A stretch of DNA of 35,451 nucleotides from Asticcacaulis sp. (GCA_046289215.1 JBKBWB010000001.1:1-35451); one strand, 5' to 3'. Counted from the stretch's first letter, positions 9,832 through 18,407 are shown. Notes: generated by a model not told the origin, from the letters alone. A program made the numbers and translations.

Positions 9832-10156
9832 TGTATGCCATGCCAAAGGCGAGTGCGGCCCGGTTGCCTGAGGCGCAATAGGCCAGAACGGGTCCTTCGG
9901 CATGGGCAAGCAGGTCAGCGAGGGCGGCGGCCTGGGCCTCGGTCACAGCCCCCGACAGTACCGGCAGAAAGTGAAACGCCAGTCCCTGGGCCAGGGTGGC
10001 GGCCTTGACCGTGGTCATCAAGGGCTGGTCCGTCACTTCGTGGTCGGGGCGCATACAGACGATTGTCTTGTAACCCGCAGCGGCCAGGCCCGGGATATCC
10101 GCCGGCGCCAGTTGTGAGGCAACGTGAAACTGATCGCTAAGGGGGCGGATGGTCAT
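9821..10156 (-). CDS. DUF442/TIGR01244-type sulfurtransferase (Blh N-terminal domain-like)
   Basis: Motifs VASQL, GYKTIVCMRPDHE and active-site loop YCASGNR. SD GGAT/AGGA region upstream. Lies between the MBL-fold dioxygenase and TauE. Confidence 0.85.
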   Translation of the reverse strand: MTIRPLSDQFHVASQLAPADIPGLAAAGYKTIVCMRPDHEVTDQPLMTTVKAATLAQGLAFHFLPVLSGAVTEAQAAALADLLAHAEGPVLAYCASGNRAALAFGMAYNAG

Positions 10157-10180
10157 GACGGGATCCTGCCTTGGAGGTCT

Positions 10181-11056
10181 TTATAAGCGGTTGAGTGGAA
10201 CCTTAAGAAAGCGGCGGCCATCGGCGTCTGGCTCCGGCATATGTCCGGCCCCCATATTGACCTGAAGCGACGGCAGGATCAGGCGCGGCATATCGAGCGT
10301 CGCATCCCGGGCCGTGCGCAGGGCAACGAACGCGTCTTCTGTGACGCCGTCGTGCACATGGATATTGCCGTGGCGTTGGGCCGCGACGGTACTTTCCCAG
10401 CGGATCTCGCGGCCCTCCGGACCATAGTCGTGACACATGAACAGGCGGGTCGCGCCGGGCAGATCCAATATCCGCCGGATCGAGCGGTAAAGTTGACGCG
10501 CATCGCCGCCGGGAAAGTCAGCCCGGGCTGTGCCGCCATCGGGCATGAACAGCGTATCGCCCACAAAGGCGGCATCGCCAATGACATGGGTCATACAGGC
10601 CGGTGTATGGCCGGGCGTATGGAGCGCCCGGGCTTGGAGAGATCCTATCTGATAGGGCTCATCGTCCTGGAACAGGTGGTCAAACTGGCTGCCATCCCGT
10701 CGGAACCCATCGCCTTCGTTGAAAACGGCCCCGAAGGTGTCTTGGACTGTAGTAATGGACGCTCCGATCCCGATCCGGCCGCCAAGATGTGCCTGAAGAT
10801 AGGGGGCCGCCGACAGGTGATCCGCATGGACATGGGTTTCTATGATCCATTCGACCGATAGACCCTCTGTCCGGATATAGTCGATGATCCGGTCCGCACT
10901 GTCATAGCGCGTTCGTCCCGCGGCGTAGTCCAGATCCAGAACGGAATCGATAATGGCACAAGCCCGTGGTGCGGGATCAGACACAACATAGCTGATGGTC
11001 CAGGTGTCAGGATCAAAAAAGGCCTGAACATGTGGAACAGGCGTTTCAGACAGCAT
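10181..11056 (-). CDS. MBL-fold persulfide dioxygenase (ETHE1/Blh/SdoA-like)
   Basis: Motifs ETHVHADHLSAA, TPGHTPAC, GDTLFMPDGGTARADFPGG, CHDY and PRLILPSLQVN. ATG 11056 preferred over TTG 11074. Confidence 0.92.
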   Translation of the reverse strand: MLSETPVPHVQAFFDPDTWTISYVVSDPAPRACAIIDSVLDLDYAAGRTRYDSADRIIDYIRTEGLSVEWIIETHVHADHLSAAPYLQAHLGGRIGIGASITTVQDTFGAVFNEGDGFRRDGSQFDHLFQDDEPYQIGSLQARALHTPGHTPACMTHVIGDAAFVGDTLFMPDGGTARADFPGGDARQLYRSIRRILDLPGATRLFMCHDYGPEGREIRWESTVAAQRHGNIHVHDGVTEDAFVALRTARDATLDMPRLILPSLQVNMGAGHMPEPDADGRRFLKVPLNRL

Positions 11057-11104
11057 GAGGTCATCCCAATCCAATGAAGCCCAACAGGGGCCAGACCATG
11101 ATAT

Positions 11105-11133
11105 TTTATATAATTAGAATGTTCTTATATAAA
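11105..11133. promoter_or_regulatory. AT-rich inverted repeat, putative repressor operator (BigR/SqrR-type ArsR?) of the sulfur operon
   Basis: TTTATATAA-N11-TTATATAAA has perfect 9-bp arms and lies about 50 nt upstream of the dioxygenase. The regulator assignment is inference. Confidence 0.55.
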
Positions 11134-11315
11134 TGCAAGAGGGGAGGGCGAGTTGAAACACAAGGGGGCGGGCCAAATGGTGTGTTGTTTCGTGACCGAT
11201 TTGCCCGGATTTTGTCGTTTTTTGTGCGATTGTCACAATTGAAAGTTATGTTTGCATGCCATCTGGCCATCTCAGAGTTGAGAAGGGCCCACGATATGGC
11301 AAACGGGAGCCGTCA

Positions 11316-12272
11316 ATGAAAACGAACATTATTGGACGCGTGTCGCTCGCTGTCTTTGTCGCCCTGAGCGCGGTCGCTACGCCGGCAACGGCAGAGCCCG
11401 CGCGTCACGTCATCATCATCGGTGTGGATGGTCTGAGCACCGATGGCGTACGCAAAGCAAAAATGCCGGTCTTGCGCGACATGATGGCCAAGGGCAGCAC
11501 CAGCCTTTATGCGCGCGGTGTCATGCCGACTAGCAGCTCGTCTAACTGGGCGTCGATGATCAACGGGGCGGGGCCGGAACAGCATGGCGTGACCAATAAT
11601 TACTGGCGGGTGGGCAAGTATAAGTTTCCCACAGCGGTCACCGGGTCGGGAAATTTCTTCCCGTCCTTGTTTCAGATCGTCACCGATCAACATCCGGAGT
11701 GGGAAGTCGGCGCAATCTATCATTGGGACGGGTTTGGTAATCTCTATGACCCGCGCTTTGTGGATTACAATGTGAATCCAAAGACAGAAGATGAAGCGGC
11801 AACTTTGGCGGCTGACTATATCCGTCAGAAGAAACCCAATCTGTTGTTCGTTCATCTCGATCACGTCGACCATGCGGGTCATGCCGACGGACATGGCACC
11901 CCCCATTATTATGAGGCCGTCGAAAAGGCTGACCGCCTGATCGGACAGATCCGTCAGGCCACGATCGAGGCGGGCATAGACAAGAATACCACGATCATTG
12001 TGACCTCGGACCACGGTGGCGTCGGCAAGGGTCATGGCGGCGAAAGCCTTGCAGAACTGGAGATCCCGTGGGTCGCCTATGGTCGCGCGGTCCGGGCCGG
12101 GCGCGATTTGGATCAGCCGATCAACACCTATGATACGCCGGCCACTGCGGCGAAACTTCTGGGGGTCAACATCCCTTATGCCTGGCTTGGACGCCCGGTG
12201 GCGCAGGCGCTGGAAGGTGAGCCAGAGCCGAACCTAACCTATTCGACCCATCGCCCAGCTCCAGCCAAGTGA
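11316..12272 (+). CDS. Secreted alkaline-phosphatase-superfamily enzyme (NPP/type I phosphodiesterase-like)
   Basis: SD GGGAG precedes ATG 11316, followed by a signal peptide. Metal-site motifs IGVDG, PTSSSSNW, DHAGH, TSDHGG and HGG. Confidence 0.85.
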   Translation: MKTNIIGRVSLAVFVALSAVATPATAEPARHVIIIGVDGLSTDGVRKAKMPVLRDMMAKGSTSLYARGVMPTSSSSNWASMINGAGPEQHGVTNNYWRVGKYKFPTAVTGSGNFFPSLFQIVTDQHPEWEVGAIYHWDGFGNLYDPRFVDYNVNPKTEDEAATLAADYIRQKKPNLLFVHLDHVDHAGHADGHGTPHYYEAVEKADRLIGQIRQATIEAGIDKNTTIIVTSDHGGVGKGHGGESLAELEIPWVAYGRAVRAGRDLDQPINTYDTPATAAKLLGVNIPYAWLGRPVAQALEGEPEPNLTYSTHRPAPAK

Positions 12273-12307
12273 GGCCAAGCGGGTCTGATTGCGGACCCGC
12301 TAGACCC

Positions 12308-12351
12308 AAAAAAATCCCTTCCGGCTTGATCCTGTGACGGGCCGGAAGGGA
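12308..12351 (-). terminator. Rho-independent terminator of the minus-strand TBDR
   Basis: 11-bp stem TCCCTTCCGGC/GCCGGAAGGGA with an A7 run at 12308-12314 (U-tract on the minus strand). Confidence 0.8.
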
Positions 12352-12415
12352 GCGAGGTGTGGTTGGGGATAGTGCGGACCCGGCGGTGAACCGCCGGATC
12401 CCGGTTCAACTGGCC

Positions 12416-15247
12416 TTAGTAGGTATAGGCCAGACGAAGAACGAAGGTGCGGCCCGGCTCCATATAGTCTTTCTGGTAGCTCGGGCTGCGACCCTTGGTG
12501 GTGTAGTAACGGTGACCGTCGAGGATGTTCTGAACATCGAAATCGACCACCAGGTTGCTGTTGACATTGTAGCGGGTGTGCAGGTCGAGGCTCTTATTCG
12601 GCTGGACCCACTTGTCGATCGCGTTGTCACGCAGATCTTCGACATAGGCACCTTGGTACTGATAGGCCAATTTGCCTTCAAAGCCGTACTTCTGATAGGT
12701 CAGAGCCGCATTATACAGCAGATCCGGTGCACCGACGAACGACATGGTTTCGTTCTTGCGGTAATCCAGACCAGACTTGGCTTCTGAGTTCTGCGAGGTG
12801 AGGTTAAATTCAACCCCAAACCCGTCGAACGGCGCACCAAGACCTTCGAATGACTTGATCAGGTTCAGCTCAACGCCGGTGATGGTGGCGTTTTCACCGT
12901 TCTTCGGCTGGGAGATGGTGATCGAGCCTTGCTTGGTGTCCGCTTCCACCGAGTTACCGTTGGTGAAGATGAAGTTGTCGATCGACTTGCGGAACACAGT
13001 CAGGCTGAGCATCGAGGTCCGGTCCGGATAGAATTCCGCCGACAGGTCCAGGTTGGTGGCCTTGGCCGGTTTCAGAACCGGGTTGCCGCGGCTGATGGCC
13101 ACGATCTCATTGGTCCCTTTGTCGCGTGTGATGCTCTCACCGCGGCTGATGTTACCGTATTCCGGACGCGAGAAGCTGGTCCACAGGGCCCCACGGACCA
13201 CAAAGCGGTCTTCCGGACGCCAGATGGCCGTGATGCTCGGCAGAACATTGGTGTAGTCACGCGCAGTCTTGCCAAAGCCGGTCTTGGTGCCATCTTCGAC
13301 CCAAACGGTGGTTTCCACCTTGGTATGCTCAACCCGAGCCCCGGCGATGACTTCGACGTCGCCGGTCTTGATGTTGGCGAGGGCATAGGCCGCATAGATG
13401 CTTTCCTGACCCTTTTTATCGTCGCGCAGGTAGCGTTCGCGGCTATAGGTGGTCGGATTGGCTTTACGGGCCGCGTTGATCGCAGCTTCGACCTTATCGC
13501 GGCTCAGGATGGACCCGTAATAGTAACGTCCATCGAGGAAGTCTGTGACCTTGCGGTCCACCAGGCCCGACTTGTCGAGCGTCCCGGTGTTGACCAGGTC
13601 GCCGTCCCAGATCGGGGTGGAGTCGTATTCGCGCTCCGACTTCATGTATTTGAAGCCCGCCTTGACGAAATCCACCAGGCCGCCATCGAGGTCGTATTTG
13701 GCATCAAACCGAGCGGCCAGACGGGCATCGGTCTGTTCCGACTTGTCCATCCAGGCGCCGTCGAAGGGCAGATAGTCATCGCGGCGCTCCACATCGGCGG
13801 CAAAGCCGGCGATCTGGGGCAGGGGGAAGCGCGGGTCATAGGACGACCACAGCACGCCCGTGCCTTTGAACACGCTGGTCGGGCACGAAGCGGCCATGCT
13901 GCCGCCGCCGTTACAGTTGTAACCGACGCCGAAATTGCCGTCGCTGCCCTTGGAGCCTTTCGAATAGCTCAGGTCATAGGCCAGGCTGAGACGGTCAAAG
14001 GTCGAAGCGCCACCGGCGTTGATCGTCATCAGGTCGGAAACCTGATCCTGGGTCTCAAATGTGCGAGCGAATTGGAACGCTTTCGGGTTCCATACACCGG
14101 ACTTACCGACCATGGACCACATCGACCCCTTGGTGGCGTCAGCGTCCGTGATGATCCCGTCCTTGTCCGCATCGACGATCTGGGCCGTGGTGTAGCCATA
14201 GACCCGGCCCTTTTTCGCATCATGACCGGTGATCATGGCGTCGGGCTGCAACAGGTTCTGGTCGGCGGCATTGACCTGAACCAGACGCGCCGAGTTGCGG
14301 CTGCGATAGTCCGTATAGTCGTTGCTGCCGGTCCGCTCGAATTTCGAGATCTGACCGCGCAGATAAAGCTGGGTCGCGTCCGAGCGCCAGTCGAGCGAGA
14401 AGTTCCCGCCGTAACGGATCTGTTCGCCGCGACGATAGTCGAGGTCGATCCCCGGCAGATACATCGAGCGACCATCAATGGCCTCGGTCGAATTGGCGCG
14501 CCAGCGGTAGGGTTCCCATTCCCCGTCGTTTTCCGTTTCTTCGTTCAGATACTGGCTCTTGCCGTAGTTGAACGAGCCATAGAACCCGAACTGCTGGGCG
14601 TCGCCGAACTTGGTGGCATAATCGAACTGGCCTTGATAGCCGTCAGCGTTCTCGTTCTGGGCGCGGGCCCGGTCGTTACGCTGCATCGACACGAAGGCGC
14701 GCATTGTCGTCGGCTTGTTGAAATCAAACGCCGTCGGGGTGACAAAGTTCACGGTGCCGCCGATGGCGTCGCCGTCCATGTCCGGGGTCAGGGTCTTGGA
14801 CACCGAAATGGCCTTGAGGCCGTTCGGCGGCAGGACCGTCATCGACATTTTCCGCGATTCGGTGTCGGTCAGGGCGACGCGAACGCCGTTGATGGAATAG
14901 GCGTTGAAGGTCCCGGCGAGCCCGCGCACGGTGACATATTCGCCTTCGCCGGTTTCCTGGTTGACGACAACGTTCACGCCCGGAACACGGGCCAGAGCGT
15001 CGGCCACGTTGGCGTCGGGCAGCTTGCCCAGGTCATCCGCCGAAATCACATTGACGATGCCGTCGGCTTTTTTCTGGGCCTGGATGGCATTGGCGTTCGA
15101 CAGGCGCTGACCCTTGACCACCACTTCGGTGACAGGTTCCGCGGCCGGGGCGGCGGTTTGGGCCTGAGCGGTTGCGCTCAGTCCCAGGGAAAGCAGGCTG
15201 GTGCCGGTCAGGGCCAGCAGCCGCAAAGACAAGGTCGGTCGGTTCAT
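12416..15247 (-). CDS. TonB-dependent receptor (Xanthomonas/Caulobacter type), phosphoesterase-associated
   Basis: Signal peptide, TonB box EVVVKG, plug KLPDANVADALARVPGV and VRGL, GNPVLKP, C-terminal Tyr. SD GAGGAG. Confidence 0.93.
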   Translation of the reverse strand: MNRPTLSLRLLALTGTSLLSLGLSATAQAQTAAPAAEPVTEVVVKGQRLSNANAIQAQKKADGIVNVISADDLGKLPDANVADALARVPGVNVVVNQETGEGEYVTVRGLAGTFNAYSINGVRVALTDTESRKMSMTVLPPNGLKAISVSKTLTPDMDGDAIGGTVNFVTPTAFDFNKPTTMRAFVSMQRNDRARAQNENADGYQGQFDYATKFGDAQQFGFYGSFNYGKSQYLNEETENDGEWEPYRWRANSTEAIDGRSMYLPGIDLDYRRGEQIRYGGNFSLDWRSDATQLYLRGQISKFERTGSNDYTDYRSRNSARLVQVNAADQNLLQPDAMITGHDAKKGRVYGYTTAQIVDADKDGIITDADATKGSMWSMVGKSGVWNPKAFQFARTFETQDQVSDLMTINAGGASTFDRLSLAYDLSYSKGSKGSDGNFGVGYNCNGGGSMAASCPTSVFKGTGVLWSSYDPRFPLPQIAGFAADVERRDDYLPFDGAWMDKSEQTDARLAARFDAKYDLDGGLVDFVKAGFKYMKSEREYDSTPIWDGDLVNTGTLDKSGLVDRKVTDFLDGRYYYGSILSRDKVEAAINAARKANPTTYSRERYLRDDKKGQESIYAAYALANIKTGDVEVIAGARVEHTKVETTVWVEDGTKTGFGKTARDYTNVLPSITAIWRPEDRFVVRGALWTSFSRPEYGNISRGESITRDKGTNEIVAISRGNPVLKPAKATNLDLSAEFYPDRTSMLSLTVFRKSIDNFIFTNGNSVEADTKQGSITISQPKNGENATITGVELNLIKSFEGLGAPFDGFGVEFNLTSQNSEAKSGLDYRKNETMSFVGAPDLLYNAALTYQKYGFEGKLAYQYQGAYVEDLRDNAIDKWVQPNKSLDLHTRYNVNSNLVVDFDVQNILDGHRYYTTKGRSPSYQKDYMEPGRTFVLRLAYTY

Positions 15248-15458
15248 ATCAGGCTCCTCAGGGCCGCTGGTCCCATCAGGACGCAGTCAGCCGTCCCGCC
15301 GGGCAGGTGCCGACGGGTTGACAGGGTGGGCCGCCGCAGGATCACGGTTGCCCGGGTGAGTATCGGGGCTGTTTCCCCCCCATCCGCGTTGACCTGTCGC
15401 CCCAGCCCCGGGATCGCAGACCATAAATTTCGCAAATGAGATGCTTTATTTTATATCT

Positions 15459-17390
15459 TTATCGCATGACGCTTTCTTGACGCACACCGTTATGACTCAC
15501 AGCTTTTGTGCGCTGATGCACGGTGAACACATCCCGAAGACGGCCCTCGGCATCCACCATGCGCGCTTCGAGGGTTTCGGGCGTGACGTGCAGGGTGACA
15601 TAGTGGTGGGCCCGGACCGTCTTGGCCGAGAACCAGGGTTTGTTGGGGGCAAAGTCTTCGAGATTGCCGCCGAGGCCGCCGACCTGAACATAGGTGGTGC
15701 CGTCGCTCAGATTGACCTTGCCATCCCGGATCGGCCAGCTGCGCTCGTAGCTATGAAGGTGGCCAAAGAACACCAGATCGATCTTGTGTTTGTCATAAAG
15801 CGGCTGGAAGTCGGCCTGGACATCGGTATCGCCCTCGCCACTTTTGCCTTTGAAGCTGTCGCCGTAATCATCGCTGTCCGACGTGCGGACGTCCTGGTGA
15901 TGCATGGCGATTTTCCAGCGGGCCTTGGAGGCGCTGAGGGCGGCATCAAGCCAGGCCTTTTGGCGGGCGCGGAAGCCGGGGAATTCGCGTTCGCGGCGCT
16001 CAAGATTGGCATCCAGAACAAAGAATTCCACGTCGCCATAGACATGAGAGAAATAGGTCTCCCTGCCCTTGGACTCGGCCCCGGTCACCGCATCGCGCTT
16101 GAGATTTTGGCGGTGATAGTGGTGATACCAGTCCAGCTCTTCTTCGCCATTGCCCACGACGCCGAGGGTCGGAACTCGACCAAAGAAGGCCCCCATGCCG
16201 GTGAAGTATTCGTGGGTCCACTCAAAGCGTTTTGGGGTCGATCCACCGTCAGTCAGATCCCCCATGATCGCCAGCAGCGCGGGGCGCTCTTCCCACATCA
16301 GCTCGGACATGCGGTGATTGATGTGTGGGCGCGCTTCAGTATCGCCGGAGATCACCATCACAAACGGCCGACCGGGCAGGGGCGCGGTGCGGAAGCTGAG
16401 CAGGCCCGAGTCCAGCGACGCCGCCGTCTCGCCCGTTTTCGTGCTGCGGACGCGGTAGACATAGGGCGTGTCCGGCTTGAGGCCGCTCAGAGTCAGGCCA
16501 TGCGCGCGACGCGCACCCGGAGCAACCGGAACCGGCTTCAGCGTCTCGGCGCTTTCCCCGACCCAGACTTCGGCGCCCAAAGGTCGGTCAAATTCAAACG
16601 ACAGTTCAATTCCATCCGCACGCGGAAGATTGAGATAAGGCGGCTGGGTGAAATGAAGCCGGTCGGCATAAAGACGCCCTTCGTCCACCAGGGTGTGACG
16701 CGCCTTGAACCGCGCGGCGACGTCTTGGGGCGTAAACGCTGAGCTCTCGACGGCGGCGAGGTTCACCAGATTGGCCGGGATCATATAGGGCTCGCGGCCA
16801 AGATAGCTGTCGAGACGGATCGGACCTTTGGCCTTGATGGCTGGCACGGTCTCGGAGGCCATCGGCGCGCCGTTATGATAGACCGTCAGGCGAACCTGAC
16901 CCTTTTGCTTTGTGGTTTTGAGCGTTTCGCGCACGAGCACCAGATGATGCCAGCGTTCGAGATAGCCGAACTTTTGGCGGTCTGTATGGCTCAGGCTCAG
17001 GCCCTGTCCGGCTACGACCTGGCCGTCGTAATAGCCCAACCGCGTCTGGCCAACGCTCAGGAGCGCCCCAACCGGCTGATTAACGTGATCGAGTACCCAC
17101 AGCTCAGCGGTGAAGTCCCCTTGCGGGGCACGCTCGGACAGCACCTGGCTGTGCGTGGCCTCAAGGTCTGCGAGTCGTAGGGCCGGGCTTAAGGGGACGC
17201 TCAGGCCAGGCACCGGCTTCGCGGCCTTAGGCCGGACCGCCGCGGCCCGAGGCAGATCATAGGCCGGTTCAAGCCGCCATTCCGTCGCCTGTAAGGGTGT
17301 GACGAGCAAGGTGGTCGCCAGCAGGAGCCCCCCTAAACTGGCCGCGACCCCCATAGCACCCGCGTTTCGGTATGGACGCATGAACGGCAT
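15459..17390 (-). CDS. Secreted calcineurin-like metallophosphoesterase (purple-acid-phosphatase-like fold) with N-terminal LamG-like and Fn3-like domains
   Basis: SD AGGAGG precedes ATG 17390, followed by a hydrophobic signal. LamG-like FTAELW and WHHLVLV; Fn3-like LSGLKPDTPYVYRV; catalytic motifs GDTE, GDLTDGG, GNGE, MHH and GHLHSYER. Confidence 0.85.
   Translation of the reverse strand: MPFMRPYRNAGAMGVAASLGGLLLATTLLVTPLQATEWRLEPAYDLPRAAAVRPKAAKPVPGLSVPLSPALRLADLEATHSQVLSERAPQGDFTAELWVLDHVNQPVGALLSVGQTRLGYYDGQVVAGQGLSLSHTDRQKFGYLERWHHLVLVRETLKTTKQKGQVRLTVYHNGAPMASETVPAIKAKGPIRLDSYLGREPYMIPANLVNLAAVESSAFTPQDVAARFKARHTLVDEGRLYADRLHFTQPPYLNLPRADGIELSFEFDRPLGAEVWVGESAETLKPVPVAPGARRAHGLTLSGLKPDTPYVYRVRSTKTGETAASLDSGLLSFRTAPLPGRPFVMVISGDTEARPHINHRMSELMWEERPALLAIMGDLTDGGSTPKRFEWTHEYFTGMGAFFGRVPTLGVVGNGEEELDWYHHYHRQNLKRDAVTGAESKGRETYFSHVYGDVEFFVLDANLERREREFPGFRARQKAWLDAALSASKARWKIAMHHQDVRTSDSDDYGDSFKGKSGEGDTDVQADFQPLYDKHKIDLVFFGHLHSYERSWPIRDGKVNLSDGTTYVQVGGLGGNLEDFAPNKPWFSAKTVRAHHYVTLHVTPETLEARMVDAEGRLRDVFTVHQRTKAVSHNGVRQESVMR
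15466..15483 (-). promoter_or_regulatory. Putative Pho box (PhoB site) and promoter for the TBDR
   Basis: The minus strand reads GCGTCAA-GAAA-GCGTCAT, an 11-nt-period direct repeat resembling CTGTCAT-N4-CTGTCAT. A -10-like TATAAA follows 10 nt later. Confidence 0.55.
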
Positions 17391-17563
17391 ATTCGCCTCC
17401 TGAAAATCAGATTTAATTATCGTACTAGCGACATTATGCGACATTGTTATGAATAGAGACGGGAGTCCTCGCCAATTTCCCGGCTCACACCGCAACAAAC
17501 GGAGTTTTGCCCTGGGCTTAGCGACCTAGTCTGAACGCCATTCAGACAGAGGAGCCCAATGCG

Positions 17564-18328
17564 ATGGCCGTATTAAATGAATCCGTTGCCCTCATCACCG
17601 GCGCCAGTTCCGGGATTGGCTATGACGCCGCCCGCCTGTTCGCTCGTGAAGGCGCGCGTGTGGTGGTGACGGGACGACGCGAAGCCGCCTTAGCCGCACT
17701 GGTTGATGCCATTCGGGCAGACGGAGGGGAGGCCGTCGCCCTGGCCGGGGATATTCGGGACGAAGGCTTGGCGCGTGATCTGGTCGACCTCGCCACGTCA
17801 ACCTACGGCGGGCTGGATATTGCCTTTAACAATGCCGGGATCACAGGACCCTCGGCCCCCGTGCCGGATATGGCCCGCGATACCTGGCAAGAGGTGCTCG
17901 ACAGCAACCTGACCAGCGCCTTTCTGGGGGCGAAGTATCAGATTCCGGCGCTTGTGGCGCGTGGCGGCGGGTCATTGATCTTTACCGCTACCTTTGTCGG
18001 CCACACCGTCGGCTTTCCGGGCATGGCGGCCTATGCGGCTTCTAAGGCGGGATTGGTGGGCCTGACCCAGTGTTTGGCCGCCGAATATGGACCGCACAAG
18101 GTCCGCGTCAACGCCCTGTTGCCGGGCGGGACGGATACGCCCATGGGGCAAGCCGCGACCCCAACCCCGGAAAGCCGGGCCTTCATCGAGGGGCTTCATG
18201 CGCTGCGCCGCCTGGCCCGTCCCGACGAGATCGCGCGGGCCGCCCTGTTTCTGGCCTCGGAGGCATCCAGTTTTGTGACCGGCACAGCCTTGCTTGCGGA
18301 CGGGGGGATTTCGATCACCCGGACATGA
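17564..18328 (+). CDS. Classical short-chain dehydrogenase/reductase
   Basis: Motifs TGASSGIG, NNAG, YAASK and RVNALLPG. SD GAGGAG. Confidence 0.93.
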   Translation: MAVLNESVALITGASSGIGYDAARLFAREGARVVVTGRREAALAALVDAIRADGGEAVALAGDIRDEGLARDLVDLATSTYGGLDIAFNNAGITGPSAPVPDMARDTWQEVLDSNLTSAFLGAKYQIPALVARGGGSLIFTATFVGHTVGFPGMAAYAASKAGLVGLTQCLAAEYGPHKVRVNALLPGGTDTPMGQAATPTPESRAFIEGLHALRRLARPDEIARAALFLASEASSFVTGTALLADGGISITRT

Positions 18329-18381
18329 CGGGGCCTAACCAGATAAGTATCCTATTTCGACGGCTACGACTGCCCCACCAT

Positions 18382-18407
18382 AAAAAAGCGGACCCCGAAG
18401 GGTCCGC
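18382..18407 (-). terminator. Rho-independent terminator of the Oar-like TBDR
   Basis: The minus strand reads GCGGACCC-TTCG-GGGTCCGC-TTTTTT, with a UUCG tetraloop. Confidence 0.88.

Noticed and set aside
9832-9909. N-terminal extension of the TauE ORF
   Set aside because: It overlaps the DUF442 gene by 89 nt. ATG 9831 gives a normal-length protein with an 11-nt overlap.
11211-11245. Possible Pho box (TTGTCGT / TTGTCAC) upstream of the AP-superfamily gene
   Set aside because: The half-sites are not in an 11-nt register, so the evidence is too weak to call.
12929-15439. 836-aa plus-strand ORF antisense to the TBDR
   Set aside because: It is a shadow frame of a GC-biased gene, with no recognisable motifs and a TTG start without an SD. 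The minus-strand TBDR is unambiguous.
15248-15440. Cobalamin or TPP riboswitch before the TBDR
   Set aside because: Hallmark sequences (B12 box and GCCACTG; TPP CTGAGA core) were not found. The region is kept only as an unknown structured leader.
15441-16742. 433-aa plus-strand ORF antisense to the metallophosphoesterase
   Set aside because: Same antisense shadow effect, with no domain signature.
17529-17547. Hairpin GTCTGAA-CGCCA-TTCAGAC before the SDR ribosome-binding site
   Set aside because: It is a short stem with no U-tract that does not cover the SD, so no function can be assigned.
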